Position numbers and translations under genes: made by a program. A DNA stretch of 64,000 nucleotides from a phage: the sequence record PV357171.2. The stretch is one strand, 5' to 3'. This document shows, piece after piece, positions 17,043 to 26,755 of this stretch (position 1 is the stretch's first letter; each line of letters opens with the position of its first letter). The notes beneath the pieces are model-generated. The model saw only the letters and a program-made list of their open reading frames with translations, made no database searches and was not told where the DNA came from.

Positions 17043-20000
17043 ATGACTGATAAGCTAATACGAGAATTACTAATAGACGTTAAACAGAAGGGGGCAACCC
17101 GTACTGCAAAGTCTATTGAAAACGTATCTGATGCATTAGAGAACGCTGCTGCTGCTTCTGAACTAACAAATGAACAGTTAGGTAAAATGCCCAAAACTCT
17201 ATACTCCATTGAGAGGGCAGCAGATAGAGCAGCGAAAAGTCTTACTAAAATGCAAGCTAGCAGAGGTATGCTTAGTATTACTAAATCTATTAATGATATA
17301 GGAGCTAAGTTAGATGATCTCGCTATTACAATGATTGAAGTAGCAGATAAATTAGAAATCGGATTTGATGGAGTTTCTAGATCTGTTAAAACAATGGGCA
17401 ATGATGTTGCAGCTGCAACAGAGAAAGTTCAAGATAGGCTGTATGATACTAATAGAGCCTTAGGTGGTACAGCTAGAGGTTTTAATGATACTACTGGTGC
17501 CGCTGGTAGAGCTTCTAGAGCTATCGGTAATACCTCTGGCTCAGCACGCGGTGCAACTCGTGATTTCGCGGCAATGGCTAAGATAGGGGGTGGTTTACCT
17601 ATCCTGTATGCTGCAATTGCATCTAATATATTTGTTCTTCAGTCCGCTTTTGAGGGCCTAAAAGTAGGTGATCAATTAAACAGACTGGAACATTTTGGCA
17701 CTATCGTTGGGACTATAACGGGTACACCAGTACAGACGTTAGCTCTGGCACTACAAAACGCTACTAACGGTGCTGTATCCTTTGAAGAAGCTATGAGACA
17801 AGCGTCTTCTGCTTCAGCTTATGGATTTGATAGTAAACAATTAGAACAGTTCGGACTAGTAGCCCGTCGTGCTGCTGCTGTTCTTGGTGTTGACATGACC
17901 GACGCACTTAACCGTGTAATTAAAGGCGTATCTAAGCAAGAAATAGAACTTCTAGACGAACTTGGTGTTACTATTCGCCTTAACGATGCGTATGCAAATT
18001 ATGTTAAACAGCTAAATGCTACCAGTACAGGCATTAAATATACTGTAGATAGCCTGACTACCTACCAGAGACAACAAGCATATGCAAATGAAGTTATAGC
18101 AGAATCTACTAGACGTTTCGGATACCTAGATGATGCTCTTAAGTCAACTTCTTGGGAGCTATTTGCTGCTAATGCTAACTCTGCCCTAAGAAGCCTACAA
18201 CAAAGCGCAGCAACATACTTAACCCCTGTTGTAGACACCATCAATGCTTTCTTATATCAAACTAAATCTTCTCAGATGAGGATTTCCGCAATGGCACGCA
18301 GTGCCTCTGCTAAAACCACTCCTACTGAAAATGTTACGGCTCTCATAGAAAACGCTGTAGGTGCACAAGAAGATCTAGATACTTACCTTAAAGAAAGTGA
18401 TGCTCGTGTTAAGAAAGCTCAAGAGATTAAACAGCAGTTAGATGATCTCAAGGCAAAACAAGCTGTTACTGCTCCAGTAGCTAACGCACTTACTGCTGTG
18501 GGCATTGGAGGCGATGAAAGTAATAAATTAGTAGTACAACTTACTAATGAACTGGCTCGTCAAAACCAAGAAATAGCAGAACGCGCTAAAACCGAAAAAG
18601 TTCTCAAACAAGCAGTGGAAGATACTGGGCAAGCCTTACTGCGTAATAGTAATCTAGCTAAGCAATTAGGAGCCAATATGCAGTATGCTGCCACTGCTAT
18701 TCCTGGAGAGACCGGGGTATTTAAGATTGATCCTAATAATCTTAAAGCGGCTGCAGAGGTACAGAAGAACTATGACCAGCTAAAGAAAAGCTCTAGTGAT
18801 ACTGCAAATAATATAAAAATGGCAGCTACTAACATTACCACTGCCAAAAAAGCATCAGGTGACTTAGTTAGCATTATAAAAGCAGTAGGAGATACTGCTA
18901 AGGTAACAGGGCAAAATACAGATACTCTAGTTAAAAATCTGAATCTAGGCTTTGAAAATCTAGATCAAATGAAGGCTGCGCAGAAAGGTCTATCAGAATA
19001 TGTAACTGCTATGGATAAGAATGAGCAGAATGCACTGGAAGTAGCTAAACGTAAAGACGAGGTTTATAACCAGACTAAAGACAAAGCTAAAGCGGAGGCA
19101 GCAGCTAGAGAGGTGCTACTACGTCAGCAACAGGAACAGCTCACAGCAGCAAAAGCACTACTGGCTGTTAATCCAAACGATCCAGAGGCTCTAAAGCAGG
19201 TAGCTAAGATAGAAACAGAGATTCTTAATACTAAAGCTCAGGGATTTGAGAACGCTAAGAAAACTAAAGATCTGACAGATAAAATTCTTGGTGTAGATCG
19301 TGAGATAGCTCTCCTGAATGACCGCACTATGACGAGTACTCAGTATCGTCTAGCACAATTAAGGCTAGAGCTACAATTAGAGCAGGAAAAAACGGAATTA
19401 TATTCTAAACAAGCGGATGGCCAAGCTAAAGCAGAACAGTCTAGACGTGCCCAAGCACAAATAAGTAGAGAACTGTGGGAAGCAGAGAAACAAGCTACTG
19501 CCTCGCATGTGTCAGCTCTCATGGATGCCTTAGAAGTTAACCAAACTCAGAGAAATGTCACTGGTCAATCCCAGATTCTTACTGAAAGGTTATCCATTCT
19601 GCAACAACAGCTGGAGTTGTCTAAAGGTAATACTGAAGAAGAAATTAAATATCGTAATGAGATTTATAAAACTTCAGCAGCCTTAGAACAGCTTAAAAAG
19701 CAAAGAGAGAGTCAGATGCAGCAACAGGTAGGATCTTCATTAGGTGCTGTGTACACTCCTACAACTGGTCTATCTGGGGCAGATAAAGATTTTGCTGATA
19801 TGCAGAATAAGATGGCTTCTTATGACCAGGCTATTTCTAAGCTGTCTGAGTTAAATTCCGAAGCAACAGCTGTAGGTCAAAGCCTTGGTAATTTAACTAA
19901 TGCTATGATTCATTTCTCACGGGGATCTCTAGATACTACGTCTATGATTGCGGCAGGTATGCAAGCTGTATCTTCCGTAATTCAGTATAGTACTAGCCAG

Positions 20001-20702
20001 CAGGTAAGTGCTATTGATGCAGCTATTGCAGCAGAGCAAAAACGTGATGGTAAATCCGAGGAGTCTAAAGCTAAACTCAAGAAACTGGAAGCGGAAAAGG
20101 TTAAGATCCAGCAGGATGCAGCTAAGAAGCAAATCATTATTCAGACGGCAGTAGCAGTAATGCAAGCGGCAACAGCTGTACCATACCCGTTCTCTATTCC
20201 TTTGATGGTGGCGGCAGGTTTGGCAGGTGCGTTGTCTCTTGCTCAAGCATCTTCTGCATCGAGTATGTCAAGTATTGCTGATTCTGGAGCGGATACAACA
20301 AGTTATTTAACCTTAGGAGAGCGTCAAAAGAATATAGATGTGTCCATGTCTGCTAATGCAGGTGAACTATCTTATATCCGAGGCGATAAAGGAATAGGCG
20401 GTGCTAACTCTTTCGTTCCTCGTGCTGAGGGTGGTAATATGTACCCAGGGGTTAGTTACCAAATGGGTGAACATGGTACAGAAGTAGTTACCCCTATGGT
20501 TCCTATGAAAGCTACACCTAATGATGAGCTAAAAACCTCATCTAACTCAACTTCAGGAAGACCTATCATCTTGAATATTAGTGCTATGGATGCTGCAAGT
20601 TTCAGAGAGTTTGCTTCTAGTAATAGTAGTGCTCTAAGAGACGCAGTAGAATTAGCTCTGAATGAGAACGGTGCTAGTCTGAAAACATTAGGAAATTCTT
20701 AA
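17043..20702 (+). CDS. tail tape measure protein (pb2-like)
   Basis: 1219 aa, long coiled-coil/Ala-rich, C-terminal hydrophobic segment and peptidase-like end. Confidence 0.85.
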   Translation: MTDKLIRELLIDVKQKGATRTAKSIENVSDALENAAAASELTNEQLGKMPKTLYSIERAADRAAKSLTKMQASRGMLSITKSINDIGAKLDDLAITMIEVADKLEIGFDGVSRSVKTMGNDVAAATEKVQDRLYDTNRALGGTARGFNDTTGAAGRASRAIGNTSGSARGATRDFAAMAKIGGGLPILYAAIASNIFVLQSAFEGLKVGDQLNRLEHFGTIVGTITGTPVQTLALALQNATNGAVSFEEAMRQASSASAYGFDSKQLEQFGLVARRAAAVLGVDMTDALNRVIKGVSKQEIELLDELGVTIRLNDAYANYVKQLNATSTGIKYTVDSLTTYQRQQAYANEVIAESTRRFGYLDDALKSTSWELFAANANSALRSLQQSAATYLTPVVDTINAFLYQTKSSQMRISAMARSASAKTTPTENVTALIENAVGAQEDLDTYLKESDARVKKAQEIKQQLDDLKAKQAVTAPVANALTAVGIGGDESNKLVVQLTNELARQNQEIAERAKTEKVLKQAVEDTGQALLRNSNLAKQLGANMQYAATAIPGETGVFKIDPNNLKAAAEVQKNYDQLKKSSSDTANNIKMAATNITTAKKASGDLVSIIKAVGDTAKVTGQNTDTLVKNLNLGFENLDQMKAAQKGLSEYVTAMDKNEQNALEVAKRKDEVYNQTKDKAKAEAAAREVLLRQQQEQLTAAKALLAVNPNDPEALKQVAKIETEILNTKAQGFENAKKTKDLTDKILGVDREIALLNDRTMTSTQYRLAQLRLELQLEQEKTELYSKQADGQAKAEQSRRAQAQISRELWEAEKQATASHVSALMDALEVNQTQRNVTGQSQILTERLSILQQQLELSKGNTEEEIKYRNEIYKTSAALEQLKKQRESQMQQQVGSSLGAVYTPTTGLSGADKDFADMQNKMASYDQAISKLSELNSEATAVGQSLGNLTNAMIHFSRGSLDTTSMIAAGMQAVSSVIQYSTSQQVSAIDAAIAAEQKRDGKSEESKAKLKKLEAEKVKIQQDAAKKQIIIQTAVAVMQAATAVPYPFSIPLMVAAGLAGALSLAQASSASSMSSIADSGADTTSYLTLGERQKNIDVSMSANAGELSYIRGDKGIGGANSFVPRAEGGNMYPGVSYQMGEHGTEVVTPMVPMKATPNDELKTSSNSTSGRPIILNISAMDAASFREFASSNSSALRDAVELALNENGASLKTLGNS

Positions 20703-20709
20703 AACTGGA

Positions 20710-20737
20710 GGAGGACTTTGAGTCCTCCTTTTCTTTA
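20710..20737 (+). terminator. rho-independent terminator after tape measure gene
   Basis: GGAGGACT-TTG-AGTCCTCC then T-tract. Confidence 0.75.
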
Positions 20738-20755
20738 TGGAAAAATAAAAATTTC

Positions 20756-20784
20756 TTGATAAAATTTTCTAATACTATTATAAT
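20756..20784 (+). promoter_or_regulatory. sigma70 consensus-like promoter (TTGATA-17-TATAAT) upstream of distal tail protein gene
   Basis: Hexamers and spacing read from sequence; followed by strong RBS AAAGAGGAGAAA. Confidence 0.55.
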
Positions 20785-20811
20785 ATTGTTATTAAAGAGG
20801 AGAAATTAACT

Positions 20812-21426
20812 ATGAGATTACCAGACCCATACACGAATCCAGAACTTTCAGGCTTAGGATTCGAAAGTGTTAACCTGATTGATAATGACCCAGTAATTCG
20901 TGATGAGTTACCAAATGGTAAAGTTAACGAAGTTAAGGTATCTGCTCAATACTGGGGTATAAATATTTCTTATCCAGAATTATTTCCAGATGAATATAGT
21001 GTTCTAGATGCTTTTATTCTAGAATACAAAAGGACTGGTGGTTATATAGATGTTATATTACCCCAATACGAAGCTTTTAGAGTTAGAGGTAATACTAGTC
21101 TAGTAAATATACCTGCTGGACAGAAGGGTTCTAATATAACTATGGATACAAAAGGGCTTCTTACAGGTACTCCAAAACCGGGGGATCTATTTAAGCTGTC
21201 TAGCCACCCAAAAGTATATAAAATAACATCATTTAACAAATCAGGTAATACATGGTCTATAAACTTATACCCTGATTTATTTATAACTACTACTGGAGCG
21301 GAGAAGCCAGTATTCAATGGAATACTATTTAGAACAAAACTCATGAATGGTGATGCTTTTGGATCTACACTAAATAATAACGGAACATACTCCAACATCT
21401 CATTAAATTTACGGGAAAGTCTATGA
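20812..21426 (+). CDS. distal tail protein (pb9-like)
   Basis: 204 aa between tape measure and baseplate hub. Confidence 0.6.
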   Translation: MRLPDPYTNPELSGLGFESVNLIDNDPVIRDELPNGKVNEVKVSAQYWGINISYPELFPDEYSVLDAFILEYKRTGGYIDVILPQYEAFRVRGNTSLVNIPAGQKGSNITMDTKGLLTGTPKPGDLFKLSSHPKVYKITSFNKSGNTWSINLYPDLFITTTGAEKPVFNGILFRTKLMNGDAFGSTLNNNGTYSNISLNLRESL

Positions 21427-24272
21427 AAAAAATATTAGATAGTGCTAGAAACTACTTAAAAAATAATAGCAGAATAAAAACTGCTAGTCTAATTTCTCTA
21501 GAATTACCCGGCTCTACTGGTACTAGTACTGCTTTTATTTACTTAACTGACTATTTTAGAGATGTACTATATAATGGTATTTTGTACCAGGCCGGTAAAG
21601 TTAAGTCTATTAGCACACATAAACAAAATAGAGATTTATCTATTGGCAGCCTATCTTTTACTATTACAGGTACAGCGCAGGATGAAGTACTGAAATTAGT
21701 GCAGAATGGTGTGTCTTTTTTAGATAGATTAGTATCAATTCACCAAGCAATTATTACAGAAGATGGTTCTATTTTACCTGTAGACCCAGACACAAATGGG
21801 CCTTTATTATACTTTAGAGGTAGAATTACTGGTGGAGGTATTAAGGATAATATTAGCACTTCGGGAGTTGGAACCTCCACAATTACTTGGAATTGTTCTA
21901 ACCAATTCTATGATTTTGATAGGGTTAATGGTAGATTTACTGATGATGCTTCTCATAGAGGGCTTGAAGTTGTAGCAGGGCAATTAGTTCCATCTAACGG
22001 GGCTAAAAGACTTGAGTATCAAGAAGATTATGGGTTCTTTCATGCCAATAAAAGTATCTCTATTCTAGCAAAATATCAGGTACAGGAAGAAAGATACAAG
22101 CTAAAGTCTAAGAAAAAGCTATTTGGCCTATCTAGAAGTTATAGTCTTAAAAAGTATTATGAGACTGTTACTAAAGAAGTAGATATAGATTTTAACCTTG
22201 CTGCTAAGTATCTACCAGTAGTTTATGGTGTACAGAAAATACCGGGAATACCTATTTTTGCGGATACGGAATTACACAATCCTAATATAGTTTACGTAGT
22301 ATATGCTTTTGCTGAAGGAGAGATAGACGGTTTTCTTGACTTTTCCTTTGGGGATAACCCTATGATTTGTATGGACTCTAATGATAGCTCTGCTAGAACC
22401 TGTTTCGGTGTTAAAAAAGTAGCCGGAGACACCATGCAAAGAATAGCATCAGGAACACCTTCTAGTAGTCCTTCCGTGCATGGGCAGGAGTATAAGTATA
22501 ATGATGGGAATGGTGACATAAGAATTTGGACGTATCATGGAAAACCTGACCAAACGGCTTCTGAAGTACTAGTAGATATAGCTAAAGAACGTGGGTTCTA
22601 CCTTCAGAATATGAATGGCAATGGACCGGAGTACTGGGATGCTAGGTATAAACTACTAGATACTGCATACGCAGTGGTGCGCTTCACTATTAATGAAAAT
22701 AGGACTGAGATTCCTGAAGTTAGTGCTGAAATTCAAGGTAAAAAAGTAAAAGTCTATCATTCTGATGGTAGAGTAACTGCTAATAGTACTAGTTTAAATG
22801 GTATTTGGCAAACACTTGATTACTTAACCTCTGATAGATATGGCGCTAATATTACCATTGATCAGTTCCCCCTTCAGCAATTAATACAGGAAGCAGATAT
22901 TTTAGATATTATAGATGAATCCTATCAGGTATCTTGGCAGCCATATTGGAGATACGTTGGGTGGACTGATCCACTAGCAGAAAATAGACAAATAGTACAA
23001 ATGAATACTATTCTGGATACATCTGAATCAGTATTTAAAAATGTGCAAGGTTTGTTAGAGTCCTATGGTGGGGCTATTAACAATTTATCTGGCCAGTATA
23101 GGGTTACTGTAGAAAAATACTCTAATACTCCATTAGAGATTAATTTTCTAGACACTTACGGTGATTTGGAGCTATCTGATACTACCGGTAGAAATAAATT
23201 CAACTCAGTTCAAGCATCTATTGTGGATCCCGCCCTTAGCTGGAAAACTAATTCCATTACCTTCTATAATTCCAAGTATAAGGAACAGGACAAAAACCTG
23301 GATAAAAAACTACAATTATCTTTTGCAAATATAACTAACTACTATACTGCTAGAAGTTTTGCAGACAGAGAACTTAAGAAATCTAGGTATTCTAGAACCC
23401 TCTCATTCTCTTTACCATATCAATTCATTGGTATTGAGCCTAACGATGCTATTGCATTTACATACGACCGTTACGGATGGGATAAGAAGTACTTTTTAGT
23501 AGATGAAGTAGAAAACTCTAGAGAAGGAAAGATAAATGTTACTCTACAGGAATATGGTGAAGATGTATTTATCAACTCTGATCAAGTAGATAATAGTGGT
23601 AATGATATACCAGATATTAGTAACAACGTTCTTCCTCCTAGGGATTTTAAATATACTCCTACACCCGGTGGTTTAGTTGGTTCTATAGGAAAAAATGGTG
23701 AGTTATCTTGGCTTCCAAGCTTAACTAATAACGTAGTTTATTATTCTATCGTACATTCCGGTCATGCTGAGCCTTATACTGTGCAGCAACTAGAAACAAA
23801 TCCCAATGAACGCATGATCCAAGAGATAATTGGAGAGCCTGCAGGCTTAGCGATATTTGAAATAAGAGCTGTGGATATAAACGGTAGAAGAAGTTCTCCA
23901 GTAACATTATCTATAGAACTTAACTCTGCTAAAAACCTAAGTGTAGTATCTAATTTTAGGGTAACTAATACGGCTTCCGGGGATGTAACTGAATTTGTAG
24001 GCCCAGATGTAAAACTAGCTTGGGATAGGATACCGGAAGAAGATATAATAGAAAGTATATTCTATACTCTGGAAATCTATGATTCCCAGAATAGAATGCT
24101 AAGAAGTGTACGTATTGAAAATCAGTATACTTATGACTATTTATTAATGTATAATAAGGCAGATTTTGCTCTTCATAACAGTGATGCTCTAGGAATCAAT
24201 AGAAAACTATATTTTCGTATTAGAGCAGAAGGAGATGATGGGGAACAGTCTGTGGAGTGGGCATCCATTTAA
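21423..24272 (+). CDS. baseplate hub protein (pb3-like)
   Basis: 949 aa; synteny. Confidence 0.7.
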   Translation: MKKILDSARNYLKNNSRIKTASLISLELPGSTGTSTAFIYLTDYFRDVLYNGILYQAGKVKSISTHKQNRDLSIGSLSFTITGTAQDEVLKLVQNGVSFLDRLVSIHQAIITEDGSILPVDPDTNGPLLYFRGRITGGGIKDNISTSGVGTSTITWNCSNQFYDFDRVNGRFTDDASHRGLEVVAGQLVPSNGAKRLEYQEDYGFFHANKSISILAKYQVQEERYKLKSKKKLFGLSRSYSLKKYYETVTKEVDIDFNLAAKYLPVVYGVQKIPGIPIFADTELHNPNIVYVVYAFAEGEIDGFLDFSFGDNPMICMDSNDSSARTCFGVKKVAGDTMQRIASGTPSSSPSVHGQEYKYNDGNGDIRIWTYHGKPDQTASEVLVDIAKERGFYLQNMNGNGPEYWDARYKLLDTAYAVVRFTINENRTEIPEVSAEIQGKKVKVYHSDGRVTANSTSLNGIWQTLDYLTSDRYGANITIDQFPLQQLIQEADILDIIDESYQVSWQPYWRYVGWTDPLAENRQIVQMNTILDTSESVFKNVQGLLESYGGAINNLSGQYRVTVEKYSNTPLEINFLDTYGDLELSDTTGRNKFNSVQASIVDPALSWKTNSITFYNSKYKEQDKNLDKKLQLSFANITNYYTARSFADRELKKSRYSRTLSFSLPYQFIGIEPNDAIAFTYDRYGWDKKYFLVDEVENSREGKINVTLQEYGEDVFINSDQVDNSGNDIPDISNNVLPPRDFKYTPTPGGLVGSIGKNGELSWLPSLTNNVVYYSIVHSGHAEPYTVQQLETNPNERMIQEIIGEPAGLAIFEIRAVDINGRRSSPVTLSIELNSAKNLSVVSNFRVTNTASGDVTEFVGPDVKLAWDRIPEEDIIESIFYTLEIYDSQNRMLRSVRIENQYTYDYLLMYNKADFALHNSDALGINRKLYFRIRAEGDDGEQSVEWASI

Positions 24273-26329
24273 TGATTTCGAATAATGCACCAGCCAAAAT
24301 GGTCTTAAATAGTATAATGACTGGATATACAATGGCATATGTCCAGCACTCTATATATACTGACTATGACGTTATTGGTAGATCTTTTTGGTTAAAAACA
24401 GGGGAAAGTATAGATAGACGTGATTATACTGGTATAGATACTTTCTTCGTAATGATTAATAACCTGACCCCTTCAACCTCTTACGAGATTCAAGGGGCTT
24501 TTTATGATTCTATTATAGACTCTGAGCTATTAGAGGCTAAGATCGGTATAAATTTATCTAATAAAACTACCTTTAGTACTAAGAGAAAACCTACTATTAC
24601 TGCTGCTCGATCAGAAGCAGATCCAGTAGATGTGGGTGTTGGTGCTCCAATAGTAGTTATAGAAACTACGGGAGAAGCTAGTTATTGTACTATTGAGCTA
24701 AAGAGTACTCAACCTTCAAATAGCCCGTGGGTAAAGCATTATATAGGTCCACTATCCCCCACTATTAGATTTGGTGGTGTTCCTGTTGGGGATTACAAAG
24801 TACGCATATCAGGGCAAGTTACTATGCCTGATGGTGTAACGGTAGACTCCTCTGGGTACTTTGAATTTTCCAAAGTTCTTACTGTAGAATATAACTTTGT
24901 ACCTCCTACTGCTCCTAATAACATTACCTTCAAAGCTGCAAGAATAGCGGATGGTAAAGAGAGATATGACCTTCGTGTACAGTGGGAGTGGAATAGGGGA
25001 TCTGGAGCCAATGTTCGAGAATTTGTCGTTTCTTATATAGATTCCACAGAATTTGCAAGAACTGGATGGACTAAAGCTCAAAAAATTAACGTAGGTGCTG
25101 CACAAGCGGCAACTATTATATCGTTCCCGTGGAAAATTGAGCATAAATTTAAAGTCTCCTCTATAGCGTGGGGGCCAGATGCTCAAGATGTAACAGATTC
25201 TGTAGTACAGACTTTTATACTAAATGAGGATACCCCTCTTGATAATAGTTTTGTTAATGAAACTGGTATAGAAGTAAACTATGCGTATATTAAAGGTAAG
25301 ATTAAAGATGGCTCCACGTGGAAGCAAACATTTTTAATCGATGCTACTACTGGTGCTATTAATATAGGTCTTCTAGATGCTGAAGGAAAAGCACCAATAT
25401 CTTTTGATCCGATTAAAAAGATAGTTAACGTTGATGGTAGTGTTATAACTAAAACTATCAATGCTGCTAACTTTGTAATGACCAATCTAACTGGCCAAGA
25501 TAACCCTGCAATCTATACTCAAGGTAAAACTTGGGGGGATACAAAATCTGGTATCTGGATGGGAATGGATAACACTTCTGCTAAGCCAAAGCTAGATATA
25601 GGTAATGCTACTCAGTGGATACGCTATGATGGCGATGTGCTACGTATTTCTAGTGGAGTTGTTATTGGAACTCCTAATGGTGATGTAGATATTGGTACTG
25701 GGATGCAGGGTAAGCAAACAGTATTTGTTTATAAGTTAGCAACATCTCTACCCGCTAAACCACTAGAACAAGATTATCCGCCTCCTGGTTGGTCAAAAAC
25801 TCCACCTAATCGTACAGATATGACACAAAATATCTATGCGACTACTGGTACACTTGATCCAGTTACTAACAAACTTCTTGAAGGTACTAGCTGGTCTGAT
25901 GTAGTTCAATGGAGCGGTACTGAAGGTACTATTGGTGCAGATGGTCAAAGGGGTCCTGGCATGTATTCCTTAGGTATTCCAGGTCTTGGTGGTTGGGATG
26001 ATGGGCAAGCTAATACCTTCTTCCAGAATAACTTTGGTAGTCCACCCGTTAGATATGATGTATTGACTGAGTTTAATAGTAATGCTCCGCAATCTGCATT
26101 TACTCGTCAATGGAATGGTTCCGGTTGGGTTAATCCAGCAATGGTACTGCATGGCGATATGATAGTTAACGGTACGGTAACCGCCAGTAAGATTGTAGCA
26201 AATAATGCCTTCTTATCTCAGATCGGTGTTAACGTTATTTATGATAGAAACGCTGCATTATCTGATAATCCGGAAGCCTATTACAGAATGAAGATAGACC
26301 TGCAAAACGGGTACATCCATATAAGGTAA
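24257..26329 (+). CDS. central straight fibre / tail tip protein (pb4-like)
   Basis: 690 aa; synteny. Confidence 0.6.
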   Translation: MGIHLMISNNAPAKMVLNSIMTGYTMAYVQHSIYTDYDVIGRSFWLKTGESIDRRDYTGIDTFFVMINNLTPSTSYEIQGAFYDSIIDSELLEAKIGINLSNKTTFSTKRKPTITAARSEADPVDVGVGAPIVVIETTGEASYCTIELKSTQPSNSPWVKHYIGPLSPTIRFGGVPVGDYKVRISGQVTMPDGVTVDSSGYFEFSKVLTVEYNFVPPTAPNNITFKAARIADGKERYDLRVQWEWNRGSGANVREFVVSYIDSTEFARTGWTKAQKINVGAAQAATIISFPWKIEHKFKVSSIAWGPDAQDVTDSVVQTFILNEDTPLDNSFVNETGIEVNYAYIKGKIKDGSTWKQTFLIDATTGAINIGLLDAEGKAPISFDPIKKIVNVDGSVITKTINAANFVMTNLTGQDNPAIYTQGKTWGDTKSGIWMGMDNTSAKPKLDIGNATQWIRYDGDVLRISSGVVIGTPNGDVDIGTGMQGKQTVFVYKLATSLPAKPLEQDYPPPGWSKTPPNRTDMTQNIYATTGTLDPVTNKLLEGTSWSDVVQWSGTEGTIGADGQRGPGMYSLGIPGLGGWDDGQANTFFQNNFGSPPVRYDVLTEFNSNAPQSAFTRQWNGSGWVNPAMVLHGDMIVNGTVTASKIVANNAFLSQIGVNVIYDRNAALSDNPEAYYRMKIDLQNGYIHIR

Positions 26330-26332
26330 ATA

Positions 26333-26755
26333 ATGAGTACTGAAAATAGAGTTATAGACTTAGTAATAGATGAGAAAGTACCATATGGTTTAATGATGCA
26401 GTTCTTAGATGTTGATGATAGTACTTATCCACCTACAAGTACCCCTGTTAACTTAACTGGGTATTCTCTAAGGGGTACTATAAAAAATAGCCTAGATGAG
26501 AATGCGGAGATATTGGCATCCTTTACTACTAATATTATTGATGCTGCTCAAGGGGCTGTAGCTATAAGTTTACCAGTAGAATCTGTGGAGAATATAGGAG
26601 CTAAAGCATCTAAAGATAGAGATAAATATAATCCTCGTCAGCGATTCGCAGGATACTATGATATAATTATGACTAGAGATGTTATAGGATCTGCAATTAG
26701 CTCCTTTCGTATAATGGAGGGTAAAGTATTTATCAGTGATGGGGTAACTAAATAA
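26333..26755 (+). CDS. collar protein (p132-like)
   Basis: 140 aa; synteny before L-shaped fibre gene. Confidence 0.5.
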   Translation: MSTENRVIDLVIDEKVPYGLMMQFLDVDDSTYPPTSTPVNLTGYSLRGTIKNSLDENAEILASFTTNIIDAAQGAVAISLPVESVENIGAKASKDRDKYNPRQRFAGYYDIIMTRDVIGSAISSFRIMEGKVFISDGVTK

